Source of the DNA: Nemertoderma westbladi
Lineage: Eukaryota > Animalia > Xenacoelomorpha
Assembly (NCBI GenBank): GCA_032718475.1
Contig: JAUCBJ010003375.1
Coordinates: forward strand, 1-49,349
Length of the DNA stretch: 49,349 nucleotides
Reading direction: 5' to 3'
The notes beneath the pieces are model-generated. The model saw only the letters and a list, made by a program, of their open reading frames with translations, was not told where the DNA came from and did not search any database. Numbering within the stretch: the stretch's first letter is position 1; the number at the start of each line of letters is the position of its first letter. This document shows, one piece after another, positions 14,001-29,000 of this stretch. The translations under genes were made by a program, and so were the position numbers.

Positions 14001-17000
14001 GCTCTGTGCCTTTATGGTATTTTTACTTAAATGTGTTTGTGTTTGTTTGTTATTCAGTGCAAAACCATTTTATTATTCTGTGTTTAACTAAATATAGCCA
14101 CCGGGGCGTAATCCGGAACGAAATGAAATGCGTCAGATGACATAGTATAGAATCTAACAACTTGGCCAGCTGTTCTAAAACTATTATATAGTAGATTTCA
14201 TTATGGCCGAACGTATTTATATTTGGACATTTTATAATATTTCATTCCAGGTGTACGAAGTAACATGGTGGCCGGGTAAATTACCCACTCAGGGGATCGA
14301 GAGTTTATGGTCCAACGACAACTCAATTACTCTCAGAACATTGCGGCATTCTACTCCCTATACTGTAGTGGTTGCAGCCAGGAGGCAGCAATCACATACT
14401 TACACTAAAGGTTAGCCAGCAGTCACTTACTTCCACTAAAGGTTAGCAAGCAATCATATACTTACAGTAAATGTTAGCAAGCAGTCACATACTTACACTA
14501 AAGGTTAGCAAGCAGTCACATACTTACACTAAAGGTTAGCAAGTAGTCACATACTTACAGTAAATGTTAGCAAGCAGTCACATACTTACACTAAAGGTTA
14601 GCAAGCAGTCACATACTTACACTAAAGGTTAGCAAGTAGTCACATACTTACACTAAAGGTTAGCAAGCAGTCACATACTTACAGTAAATGTTAGCAAGCA
14701 GTCACATACTTACACTAAAGGTTAGCAAGCAGTCACATACTTACACTAAAGGTTAGCAAGCAGTCACATACTTACACTAAAGATTAGCAAGTAGTCACAT
14801 ACTTACACTAAAGGTTAGCAAGCAGTCACATACTTACACTAAATGTTAGCAAGCAATCACATACTTACACTAAATGTTAGCAAGCAATCACATACTTACA
14901 CTAAATGTTAGCAAGCAATCACATACTTACACTAAAGGTTAGCAAGCAGTCACATACTTACACTAAAGGTTAGCAAGTAGTCACATACTTACACTAAAGG
15001 TTAGCAAGTAGTCACATACTTACACTAAAGGTAAGCAAGCTGTCACACACATACTTACACTAAATGTTAGCAAGCAATCACATACTTACACTAAAGGTTA
15101 GCAAGCAGTCACATACTTACACTAAATGTTAGCAAGCAATCACATACTTACACTAAATGTTAGCAAGCAATCACATACTTACACTAAAGGTTAGCAAGCA
15201 GTTACATACTTACACTAAATGTTAGCAAGCAATCACATACTTACACTAAAGGTTAGCAAGCAGTCACATACTTACACTAAATGTTAGCAAGCAATCACAT
15301 ACTTACACTAAATGTTAGCAAGCAATCACATACTTACACTAAATGTTAGCAAGCAATCACATACTTACACTAAAGGTTAGCAAGCAGTCACATACTTACA
15401 CTAAAGGTTAGTAAGCAGTCACATACTTACACTAAAGGTTAGCAAGCAGTCACATACTTACACTAAATGTTAGCAAGCAATCACATACTTACACTAAAGG
15501 TTAGCAAGTAGTCACATACTTACACTAAAGGTTAGCAAGCAATCACATACTTACATTAAATGTTAGCAAGCAATCACATACTTACACTAAATGTTAGCAA
15601 GCAATCACATACTTACACTAAAGGTTAGCAAGCAGTCACATACTTACACTAAATGTTAGCAAGCAATCACATACTTACACTAAAGGTTAGCAAGTAGTCA
15701 CATACTTACACTAAAGGTTAGCAAGCAGTCACATACTTACACTAAATGTTAGCAAGCAATCACATACTTACACTAAAGGTTAGCAAGTAGTCACATACTT
15801 ACACTAAAGGTTAGCAAGCAATCACATACTTACATTAAATGTTAGCAAGCAATCACATACTTACACTAAATGTTAGCAAGCAATCACATACTTACACTAA
15901 AGGTTAGCAAGCAGTTACATACTTACACTAAATGTTAGCAAGCAATCACATACTTACACTAAAGGTTAGCAAGCAGTCACATACTTACACTAAATGTTAG
16001 CAAGCAATCACATACTTACACTAAATGTTAGCAAGCAATCACATACTTACACTAAATGTTAGCAAGCAATCACATACTTACACTAAAGGTTAGCAAGCAG
16101 TCACATACTTACACTAAAGGTTAGTAAGCAGTCACATACTTACACTAAAGGTTAGCAAGCAGTCACATACTTACACTAAATGTTAGCAAGCAATCACATA
16201 CTTACACTAAAGGTTAGCAAGTAGTCACATACTTACACTAAAGGTTAGCAAGCAATCACATACTTACATTAAATGTTAGCAAGCAATCACATACTTACAC
16301 TAAATGTTAGCAAGCAATCACATACTTACACTAAAGGTTAGCAAGCAGTCACATACTTACACTAAATGTTAGCAAGCAATCACATACTTACACTAAATGT
16401 TAGCAAGCAATCACATACTTACACTAAAGGTTAGCAAGCAGTCACATACTTACACTAAATGTTAGCAAGCAATCACATACTTACACTAAAGGTTAGCAAG
16501 CAGTCACATACTTAAACTAAAGGTAAGCAAGCAGTCACATACTTACACTAAAGGTTAGCAAGCAATCACATACTTACACTAAAGGTTGGCAAGCAGTCAC
16601 ATACTTACACTAAATGTTAGCAAGCAATCACATACTTACACTAAAGGTTAGCAAGCAGTCACATACTTACACTAAATGTTAGCAAGCAATCACATACTAA
16701 CACTAAAGGTTAGCAAGCAATCACATACTTACACTAAATGTTAGCAAGCAATCACATACTTACACTAAATGTTAGCAAGTATAATCACATACTTACACTA
16801 AATGTTAGCAAGCAGTCACATACTTACACTAAAGGTTGGCAAGCAGTCACATACTTACACTAAATGTTAGCAAGCAATCACATACTTACGCTAAAAATAA
16901 GGAATAATGGTTCGAACTCAAATAAAATAAACTAAAACTAACTTCTTAAGAAATGTAAAGTTGATAAAAATATATAAAATAATAATTTTATTTAGATAAC

Positions 17001-20000
17001 GGTGAGGAACAATCTACTCGGTTTATAGTGACTGCAGAAGCTGACCCAATAAGATTCCAGTCCGACAGCCCTCCTTTACCCCCCCAAGACCTAACTCTGG
17101 TATCAGCAACTCCCTCCAGTCTGCAGATTGCCTGGAAGTTACCCCTAAATCAATCAATCAATGTGCTATGTAAGTTACAATGCTTTGTGTCTTTCTACTT
17201 ACTTGTTACTTTAACTTAGATTTTATATCCTACGAATAAGTTACATCCCATGTTAATTTAATTTAAGTTAATTGAAGTTTTTCTCATACTACTACTAGGT
17301 CGAGCGAACTCGGTTTTTCCCATAGTTCCTTGCTATTTCATTAGAATAAACTTTAAATTCGTAATTTCGTAATTTTAGATTGTCGATTAACAGCTGTTCC
17401 CGCCAGCGACCTTACAGTCGATCCCGTTACCATAGAAACACCCAAAACCTCAACTACCGCACTGATTGACGGCCTTCTGGAATCCACCGAGTACTGCATA
17501 ACGGTAACCCTGGTAACGGAGGAGTACTTCAACGAATTACCGGAACGGAGCGCGGAACGCGAGAGGAAGATAGTTCCGCATACGGTTCCCTCGGGTTGCC
17601 CTTGGTTACCGTCGGGGACAGTCGATGTACGTACACCGACTAGCGGCCAACCGAGTAAACTCAGGTTTGTCTTTGTATAGGATCGCACCAGTCTGGGGGG
17701 GGGGGGGGGGGGGGTAATATTTACTGCACTGGTTACCCTTAACGGTTCATTGTCTGCGATTATTGTAACTCTTAGTTAATATCCATAAAACATATTGCAT
17801 GCGACACTTTACAGTTCCATTTACATTTCCATTTCATTTACAAATCCATTTACTGATAGGGTAGGAAAATCTTAAATGTATTTAATTATAGAGCATCAAT
17901 TATCTTTTATCCATTTAATTAATGTCAAACCATGTTAAACTGCCGTTACTTTATTTACTACCGTTCAGTTAATTTTCTAAATGATTATATAAATCTATTT
18001 GATGTTTAGTTCCATACTGACTGATGTTTAGGTATTTGTTTATATTGGGAATTCTAATCGGTTATGTCGCTCTTATCTTCGGTGTATCCGTTGTTGGACA
18101 TCCCAGTTTCCTCGTTTTCGCTGCTCTTTCGATTTATAATGGATTTTCTCTCTTGACTTCTGGGTTGACGATATACGATGTAGCCGACTACCAACGCTAT
18201 AAGGAGTCCCCCCATCGCGCATCCCACAGTGATGGCTATCCATTCCCACCCCGCCCCTGTCGCACCCTGCACCCTACCCGTGTCCCTAGATCGGCTACCC
18301 AATGAGTGCCACACGTTCTCCCCGCGGGACTTCGCCTCGATCACCGGTTCCCGCGTGCCGTCGTGGAAATTCGCCAATTCATCGATCGCTCGTTCCTCGT
18401 TTACATTATCATCCGGGACAACGGATTGTAGCGAAATATCCGCACATGCAACACAAAATACAGTAACATATAATGTTGTTACAGTTATAATCCTTGCCAT
18501 AACATACAAACAAAAGATCATTAATTATATATACATCGTAATCACAGGATAGTTGGGATTATTAATTAATTAAACGATCCTTCCTTACTATTTAAAGGCA
18601 TGAAAATTAATTTGATTGAAAAAAATATTTTTAATTAATTACTAATTTAAACATTATTTTTTATTTTAAGAATGAATTGTATATTATACAGTATAGTTTA
18701 AGTATTAGATGGTAGTATTTTGAACCGTATATTATTACATATCATTAAAAACATTTTCACGAATAAGTTGTACGTTCAAGATACTAAGTTGTGCGCACAA
18801 GATACTAAGTTGTGCGCACAAGATACTAAGTTGTGCGCACAAGATACTAAGTTGTGCTCACAAGATACTAAGTTGTGCTCACAAGATACTAAGTTGTGCG
18901 CACAAGATACTAAGTTGTGCGCACAAGATACTAAGTTGTGCTCACAAGATACTAAGTTGTGCTCACAAGATACTAAGTTGTGCACACAAGATACTAAGTT
19001 GTGCGCTCAATATACTAAGTTTTGCGTTCAAGGTACTAAGTTGTGCGCACAAGATACTAAGTTGTGCTCACAAGATACTAAGTTGTGCTCACAAGATACT
19101 AAGTTGTGCTCACAAGATACTAAGTTGTGCTCACAAGATACTAAGTTGTGCTCACAAGATACTAAGTTGTGCGCACAAGATACTAAGTTGTGCGCTCAAT
19201 ATACTAAGTTTTGCGTTCAAGGTACTAAGTTGTGCGCACAAGATACTAAGATGTGCGCACAAGATACTAAGTTGTGCTCACAAGGTACTAAGTTGTGCTC
19301 ACAAGATACTAAGTTGTGCTCACAAGATACTAAGTTTTGCGCTCAATATACTAAGTTTTGCGTTCAAGATACTAAGTTGTGCTCACAATTTACTGCGTTT
19401 TGCGTTCAAGATACTAAGTTGTGCTCACAAGATACTAAGTTTTGCGTTCAAGATACTAAGTTGTGCGCACAAGATACTAAGTTGTGCTCACAAGATACTA
19501 AGTTGTGCTCACAAGATACTAAGTTTTGCGCTCAATATACTAAGTTTTGCGTTCAAGATACTAAGTTGTGCTCACAATTTACTGCGTTTTGCGTTCAAGA
19601 TACTAAGTTGTACGCACAAGATACTAAGTTGTGCTCACAAGATACTAAGTTTTGCGTTCAAGATACTAAGTTGTGCGCACAAGATACTAAGTTGTGCTCA
19701 CAAGATACTAAGTTGTGCTCACAAGATACTAAGTTTTGCGCTCAATATACTAAGTTTTGCGTTCAAGATACTAAGTTGTGCTCACAATTTACTGCGTTTT
19801 GGGTTCAAGATACTAAGTTGTACGCACAAGATACTAAGTTTTGCTCACAAGATACTAAGTTTTGCGTTCAAGATACTAAGTTGTGCGTTCAAGATACTAC
19901 GTTGTGCGTTCAAGATACTACGTTGTGCGCACAAGATACTAAGTTGTGCTCACAAGATACTAAGTTGTGCGCTCAATATACTAAGTTTTGCGTTCAAGAT

Positions 20001-23000
20001 ACTAAGTTGTGCTCACAATTTACTGCGTTTTGCGTTCAAGATACTAAGTTGTGCGCACAAGATACTAAGTTTTGCGCTCAATATACTAAGTTGTGAGCAC
20101 AATTTACTGCGTTTTGCGTTCAAGATACTAAGTTGTGCTCACAATTTACTGCGTTTTGCGTTCAAGATACTAAGTTGTGCGCACAAGATACTAAGTTGTG
20201 CTCACAAGATACTAAGTTGTGCTCACAATTTACTGCGTTTTGCGTTCAAGATACTAAGTTTATAATGTAGATAGGACAATATGATAATGCTCTCCATACC
20301 GAAAAATATCAACCGACCCTGTTGGGGCTCGAACCCGGTACCTAGGTTTCAAACTTACGGTTATCATCAGCCGGGTGTGTGTACTGAGCTACCAGATCGG
20401 ATGAAGATTTCACTATGGAGTGGGATATCATATTTAGGCCAACTAATCACTCAAACTCAAGATACTATGTTGTGCGCACAAAACATGAAAAATATTTTTT
20501 GCATGTCCTTTTAGGGGCTCCGTACTTATATAAAACCGAGTTGTGTATATATTTAACTGCTATATTTCGTTTTTTAATTTGCCCTACTCGGCGTAATAAT
20601 AATTATATAATTAATTACTAAAATTAAATTAATTAATATAATTATAATTAAATAAAAAAATATATAAAATGTAGATTATTTATTGTCCTTCGTTACATTC
20701 GGTAAATAAAATATCTCGAGTATTATAGTGAACATAATGTCCTACATTATTTGTCATGCAATAGATAATAATTATTAATCAGAATGTTACTAAAATTAAT
20801 GAATATATTTATTTAGGATTGAGAATGACATTGGTAGGCAATATGATTCTACCTATATGTAGGTAGAACATCCCCTTCATCTCATAACCTTATTTACATA
20901 TCATGATGACATTGTCCCCTGTCCAGGTGCTGTAATTATAATATCTACTCTCTCCAGGGGAACTGTTCCTTCAAATGAAAAGATAACACAAGGAACTATT
21001 GTGTTTGGGTTCGCTGTCAGAAAATAATTGGTCTCGGCTTCAAATACTTCCTCTGGGGAATAAAGATCAACTAATCGTTCCACATTTTTCTTTTAATAAT
21101 GTCAAATCCTCCCCTCAGACAATGGGAGACTTTCTAGGTGGCTGACAGATCATCATACCATTAGGGTTGCTAATGACCCTCGTTTGCACTACAATACGGC
21201 ACGCACTGTCACTCATTATGTAAACTTTGTTTTCGGTTGACCATTTCCAATTTTTTTAAATTTTATTACAAATTTTAAAAACGACAAAAACGAATCCTAA
21301 ATGAAATTCTTGTTTTTGTCGTTTTTATATTTTACTATACAAATAAAAAAAAACGACAAAAACGAAATATACAACAAAACTTTGTTTTAGAGTAGGACCA
21401 GAAGATTTTGAGAGGGAATTTTAAACAGTCAACCGGACTCGCCCCCCATGCAACAGAGAGAGATACAACATGCTGATAGGAGGCGTGTGACAACATGCTG
21501 ATAGGAGGCGTGTGACAACATGCTGATAGGAGGCGTGTGACAACATGCTGATAGGAGGCGTGTGACAACATGCTGATAGGAGGCGTGTGACAACATGCTG
21601 ATAGGAGGCGTGTGACAACATGCTGATAGGAGGCGTGTGACAACATGCTGATAGGAGGCGTGTGACAACATGCTGATAGGAGGCGTGTGACAACATGCTG
21701 ATAGGAGGCGTGTGACAACATACTGATAGGAGGCGTGTGACAACATGCTGATAGGAGGCGTGTGACAACATGCTGATAGGAGGCGTGTGACAACATGCTG
21801 ATAGGAGGCGTGTGACAACATACTGATAGGAGGCGTGTGACAACATGCTGATAGGAGGCGTGTGACAACATGCTGATAGGAGGCGTGTGACAACATGCTG
21901 ATAGGAGGCGTGTGACAACATGCTGATAGGAGGCGTGTGACAACATGCTGATAGGAGGCGTGTGACAACAACAGCTGGAACTGCTAAACTACCGGGATAA
22001 AAACAAGAATTGCATGGATATTTTGTTATTGTCGTTTTTTTATTCATGTTAAAAAATTAAAAAAACAACAAAAACACGATTTTTATTAAAAATTCGATTT
22101 TGTTTTTTTTTATTTGAAATATAATATTTTTTAGATTGGCCCTTCTGGGCAACCATAGTAATATGAATGAATATTATAAATACAAATAATATTATAAACA
22201 TTAATTATTATTAACTATATGGATTTATATTTTCTTATTTTTATTTTTTTTTATTAATTTTAATTTAAATTTTTTATTTAATAATTGATATTAATTATTC
22301 ATATAACTTACAAATAATATATAATATTTATATTATGCACGCAAAATTTTGTTTTTTTGCCTTTTTTATTTATCTAAAAGAAATTGTCTAAAAACATGGC
22401 TACATGTTAATATGTTTAATTAATAATTTGCTATAGAGAATATGTAATTATAATATTTCGGCGGTATTTATATTTCACCCACTCTAAAGTAAAAAAATTG
22501 GCCGAAACTTAAACTTCTAATCAAAAAAAGTTAAAAAAATAACATCCAAATAATTCATGGCTCAACAGATCAGCCGTCATTAAAACTCACAAATTTAATC
22601 TCGGAAATTTTTTATAGGTAAAAACAGGTATAAAGGATGCGGCGGATGTAGAATGGATAATTCTTCAATCTTTTATTGTTCTTAAGTATCCGACTTTCCA
22701 AAGCAATTATCTTTAGCGCAGCTTACTCTCCCCAAATCAGCGGCGTGATAATTAGCTATGCATCGCATTGCGAGGGATTGATCATAAGCCAGGCGACCTC
22801 TGCTTGTTCTCCCCACATCCAATCAACCAATCTTTTAGCCCCGCTCACTAATCTCGGGCCAATTACCTTTGCTGTGGATTCCCCCCAACCTGGAGAACTT
22901 ATCGCATCTCGGATTTGTGTCGGGGCGTTCTGTTACTTAAGAAATCACCGTCTCGGTAATTGAGAACCTGCGATTCGATGTGCACTTCACCGGGTATTGA

Positions 23001-26000
23001 TTGAGTGCTTGATGCCGCCAGATTGTCCGAATCCTATTCCGCAGTTTGGCTTTGAAATCGGTAATGTAATGAGACGGTGACGCAGCTGGGATCCGCATTT
23101 TTGAGTCGGTAATTATTCCCAAAGTTTGCATTCGAATCCGCTTATCTTTGCAGGTAATGATGGGATTAGGGGTATTTTTTTTAACAAATCACCGATATAT
23201 CGATCAACGTTGATTTCTTATTAATGATATGCGTTGGCGTGGTGGGGCGAGCTACAAAGTCTGTGTTGCCTTGCATACAGTTTAGTGTACGGGCCAAAGG
23301 GGCCATTGTCGGTCCGCCTTGCACAATGTTTGAATGCTAATATCCCAGATAGATATGGCTTCGTCGGATTTCAATAAGTTTGTAGTGTGAATAGAACAAA
23401 AACCACATGTTTAATAATATACAAACAATGCCTTTCTGGCCTCTGCAAACTGTTTACTGACATCTCCTTTCATCAGCAGCCCACAGCGCCACAGGCGAAG
23501 GCAGGCTGCGTCGTGGGTAGGGCTGAAATGCAGGATTTGGCACATGAAACTTTATGGTACACTACTGACCAATGAAAATAATCAGGTGCAGAACAGTTTT
23601 TAACAGATAGTAGTAACAAGCACGTTACAAAATAATTGTCCGAAATTCCATAAATTTCATAGATTATCGCCTCATGACTGACTCTAATAGTAATTACTTA
23701 ATTAATTTCTCGTTTCAGACTCATGCAGGTAACCTGTAACAGTATAGAGGTATCTTGGGACCCACCCCAAGTCAGTAACATTGAGAACATCGTGTTACGT
23801 TGGCGGGTTGTCGCCTATCCTCTATCAGTTACCGAGTCACCAAACGATCATGTTACCTTAGCTGCAACCTCCAACCGGCATATCGTAGAAGGGTTGTTAC
23901 AAGGTGCATTATATAGTCTCCAGCTAGAAGCCAACTTACTTGGACAGGTTAGACATTATGGGGAAAGGCACTTAAAATGTCGGAGGTATTATTTGATTTG
24001 AAATTTACCAGGAATAGGACAGCCGGACAAATTTTGAATCACTCCAAATGATTGTTATCGTTCGCTAAAAACACCAGATTCACTCAGTTGCCACGTGCTG
24101 CTCGAATACCTAATGACTTTTTCAAACCGAGTATAGCTGCTAATCTCCATAAAGAAATCATATAAAACCATTACATTATTCATTTACTGTAGCAGTACTA
24201 GCAGCAAGGAAACTGATTAATAAATTGAATTTCTTGAAGTAATGGACGCAGTCTAAGAGTTTTGTGTATTTAATTATGTCACCGCGTTATAAGTTCAAAA
24301 CTAATTTTTTCCCACTACCACACGTATACTCACGGACACAAACTCACGAACCGTAATTTAATGTCATTTTCTGATGACACGGACCCCCCCCCACCCCATA
24401 TTTTTCTACAAATCTTTATCATATTGCTTGAAATTTGAAACACAACTAGTTCCACTCACCGTCGTTGACCCCATGAAGCCGGAATTTTCGATTTTGCCTT
24501 TACTTTTTTTTTTATAAGCGTTTTAAAAAAGTGTCTTTTGCGAAATCGCATACCCTCCGTATCGTGGCCATTCTTCACATTAGTAGTGATTTATTTATAT
24601 CAATAAAAACTTGCGTCGCAAGCGACAACACTTTTTGGTTAATTGTACCCCTTTTTGGCCACTTTTAAGCAGACTGACACTACAATGATGTGAATTTGGT
24701 TGAGAAAAGGGTGAGATTTAGGCGTTCATAGATTGCAAGAATTATATAGTGAAACATCCAACAACATATCGGGTAAATGTGGGGAAACATCCGAGGAAAA
24801 TAAGGTGGCATTCCACACGCTCATCCGGCAGGTATTTAAATTTAATTTTTACATTTTTAATGTTTATTTTAATTATTATAGCAACCGACACAAACTATTC
24901 CAATATGTGCGGACCCTTTGGTTATAAGAACACCAGCACCAGTTGAAACACCGAAGTTGTACGTCACCGGCTATACACCAACCACTATTACTTTATATTG
25001 GGAGCACCCCGTGCTGTACACACTAATAGATGGATCAAAGTGAGTTAATGAGTCAGTTTATCGTTAAATGTATTATTTCGTGTGAGATGTATCGTCACTG
25101 ACAATGTCATTAACTCAGTAGTTCAGACACCAACTCTAATCTGTATGTCAGTAACTCAGTAGTTCAGACACCAACAACTCTAATCTGTATGTCAGTAACT
25201 CAGTAGTTCAGACACCAACTCTAATCTATATGTCAGTAACTCAGTAGTTCAGACACCAACTCTAATCTGTATGTCAGTAACTCAGTAGTTCAGACACCAA
25301 CAACTCTAATCTGTATGTCAGTAACTCAGTAGTTCAGACACCAACTCTAATCTGTATGTCAGTAATTCAGTAGTTCAGACACCAACTCTAATCTGTATGT
25401 CAGTAACTCAGTAGTTCAGACACCAACTCTAATCTGTATGTCAGTAATTCAGTAGTTCAGACACCAACTCTAATCTGTATGTCAGTAATTCAGTAGTTCA
25501 GACACCAACAACTCTAATCTGTATGTCAGTAACTCAGTAGTTCAGACACCAACTCTAATCTGTATGTCAGTAACTCAGTAGTTCAGACACCAACTCTAAT
25601 CTGTATGTCAGTAACTCAGTAGTTCAGACACCAACTCTAATCTGTATGTCAGTAACTCAGTAGTTCAGACACCAACTCTAATCTATATGTCAGTAACTCA
25701 GTAGTTCAGACACCAACTCTAATCTGTATGTCAGTAACTCAGTAGTTCAGACACCAACAACTCTAATCTGTATGTCAGTAATTCAGTAGTTCAGACACCA
25801 ACTCTAATCTGTATGTCAGTAACTCAGTAGTTCAGACACCAACAACTCTAATCTGTATGTCAGTAACTCAGTAGTTCGGACACCAACTCTAATCTGTATG
25901 TCAGTAACTCAGTAGTTCAGACACCAACAACTCTAATCTGTATGTCAGTAACTCAGTAGTTCAGACACCAACTCTAATCTGTATGTCAGTAACTCAGTAG

Positions 26001-29000
26001 TTCAGACACCAACTCTAATCTGTATGTCAGTAACTCAGTAGTTCAGACACCAACTCTAATCTGTATGTCAGTAACTCAGTAGTTCAGACACCAACTCTAA
26101 TCTGTATGTCAGTAACTCAGTAGTTCAGACACCAACTATAATCTGTATGTCAGTAACTCAGTAGTTCAGACACCAACTCTAATCTGTATGTCAGTAACTC
26201 AGTAGTTCAGACACCAACTCTAATCTGTATGTCAGTAATTCAGTAGTTCAGACACCAACTCTAATCTGTATGTCAGTAACTCAGTAGTTCAGACACCAAC
26301 TCTAATCTGTATGTCAGTAACTCAGTAGTTCATACACCAACTCTAATCTGTATGTCAGTAACTCAGTAGTTCAGACACCAACAACTCTAATCTGTATGTC
26401 AGTAACTCAGTAGTTCAGACACCAACTCTAATCTGTATGTCAGTAACTCAGTAGTTCAGACACCAACTCTAATCTGTATGTCAGTAACTCAGTAGTTCAG
26501 ACACCAACAACTCTAATCTGTATGTCAGTAACTCAGTAGTTCAGACACCAACTCTAATCTGTATGTCAGTAACTCAGTAGTTCAGACACCAACTCTAATC
26601 TGTATGTCAGTAACTCAGTAGTTCAGACACCAACTCTAATCTGTATGTCAGTAACTCAGTAGTTCAGACACCAACTCTAATCTGTATGTCAGTAACTCAG
26701 TAGTTCAGACACCAACTCTAATCTGTATGTCAGTAACTCAGTAGTTCAGACACCAACTCTAATCTGTATGTCAGTAACTCAGTAGTTCAGACTCCAACTC
26801 TAATCTGTATGTCAGTAACTCAGTAGTTAAGACACCAACTCTAATCTGTATGTCACTAACTCAGTAGGCTAGTTCAGACACCAACTCTAATCTGTACGTC
26901 AGTAACTCAGTAGTTGTCCGCCTGTTGACCCGTGTTCGAATCATCGTTAAGAAATCTCTATTTCACCATAGTGAATGCTATGTTGTGAGGTGAGCCGAAA
27001 GATAAAACAAGAGTTTATCTGAAGCATGTACACAACATAATAATCAATATACTGATATAGATATAATAGATAAAGTAGCAGTCAGGTAGGCGCCGACTGC
27101 ATAGCAGATACCAGATTCCGGTATGGTAGGTATCAGTATGCAATAAGAAGACTGATGTGAGTAGGACAACCGACAGAACAGTATAACATATATATAATAT
27201 AGTATATGTATATAATAGTATATAGCTACGCTACGAGTATGTCACGAGTATCTCTCATCTCCCCCTTTCAGTTTTAGTGAGTCTGGGAATGTATGTCAGT
27301 ACCTCTCATCTCCCCCTTTCAGTATTTAGTGAGTCTGGGAGATCGTCGCGGGATAATTTTTGACCTCACCTCGTCATCGAATGTAATGTTGCGTTTGGGT
27401 GGGGACCCACGAGGTGTGTCCGGATTGGACGGTATGGAAGGAGAGTTGCGTGCTCCGACAAAGCGACGGAGGTATCGACGGTTGCGTATGAGTTTGCGCC
27501 CATTCGAGAGGAGGATTTCGAAGCGGCGGAACCCGAGTTTTCCCACGATAGTGCCAGTGCGGTCCCACAGGCGTGTCCGTTGACTTTGTAGACGGACCAT
27601 CTCACCGAGAGCAAGCGGTGGGAGCGGATGTGCAGATAGGTTATAACGATCAGCCATGTCCTGTTTAAGGATACCAGCTCGAATATCAGAATCGGTGGTT
27701 GGCTTTGCGGCAAAGGAAGCAGGGTGTACTGGCACGCGGGATCGCATTGAACGTCCATAGAGTAACTGTGCAGGGGACAAACCAGTGGCAGATGGGGTGT
27801 TTCGCCACTCAAGGATGGCCTCAGCAAATGCGCGTTGATCAAGATGTTTATTAGTGGTTTGACACTTTTTTACGAGGGCCTTCATGGGATGTCCTGTGGT
27901 CGCCAGCGGCGGCGGGCGCGGGGCCATGGCCGGGGGCTGTGGCAGCGCACGGGCCCGGGGTAATGGGAACCGGTACGGCTGGGCGTTGTTGATCCGTGAG
28001 GAACTGGAAGAAGGCGTTTTGCTGGTCGCTTGCGGCGGCCTGCTGTTCGCGGATGAAACCCATTAACACAGCGACGGAATCGCCTTCCACGGTTCGGTAC
28101 ACTTCCTCCACGCCAGGGTTGAAGGTGATATCGGACGCGGTATGTTTGCGGACAAATTTCATAATTATGCAACGCATAGAATTTGTGTTCATCTTGGCGT
28201 CGACGCCGATGCTGAACTGTGTAGCCCACTCCCGGAGTAGATCCCGTGGGGCGTCAGCAACGTCAGCCAAAGATGGTAAATCTTCCAAGTTGGATGCCAT
28301 AACAGATGATACAGAAAATGTGTACCCGTGTACAGTTGAGTAAAGTAAGGTATGGTATTGCAGTATTGCGGTATTGCAAAGTTCAGAAGTTGGGGTGTAT
28401 CGCTGAGGTAGCAGACTACACAAACTGCGCCATGCTATGTTGTGAGGTGAGCCGAAAGATAGAACAAGAGTTTATGTATTCTACATGAAAAAGGAATACG
28501 AGGCATACGCAGTCCACGCCGCTCGCCCCATACCATTTGCTTGCCGCGAGGAAATCAAAGAAAACCTCAATCAGATGGAATTAAAGGGAGTTATTTCAAA
28601 AGTGGACTACCCAACTGAGTTCGTTAGTCCCCTGGTCGTGACAACGAAAAAGAACGGTAAATTACGTATGTGCGTCGACCATACACAGTTGAATATTCAT
28701 ATATACCGACCAGTTCATCCCTTTCCGTCACCCCGCGATGTAGTATTCTCAATTCCCCATGGAATGCGCTACTTTTCCAAATTCGATGCGACCCATGGGT
28801 ATTGGCAAATACCTCTTGACGAGGACAGCCAACCTCTCACTACATTCGTTACCCCATATGGGCGCTATATGTATCTTCGCGCACCGATGGGTCTATCATG
28901 CTCCGGGGATGAATATTGCCGTCGAGGCGATGCTGCACTTGAGGGCCTAACAAATAGTAGAAAAATTGTAGACGACATCATCGTTTATACAACAACGTTT

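Noticed and set aside
18720-20096. 458-aa QDTKLCA heptad ORF
   Set aside because: It is a 21-bp repeat with a TTG start, and the array continues past the stop.
4512-22047. Repeat-derived ORFs at 4512-5421, 11913-13486 and 21335-22047
   Set aside because: The same peptide cycles through all frames, as expected when the unit length is not a multiple of 3, or the sequence is a microsatellite.
22620-23360. Moderately GC-rich segment, possibly a decayed transposon ORF on the minus strand
   Set aside because: It has multiple stops and no diagnostic motif I can identify.
24722-24831. Possible extra exon before 24882
   Set aside because: Neither candidate acceptor gives phases compatible with both neighbours, and exons 11 and 12 already join in frame.
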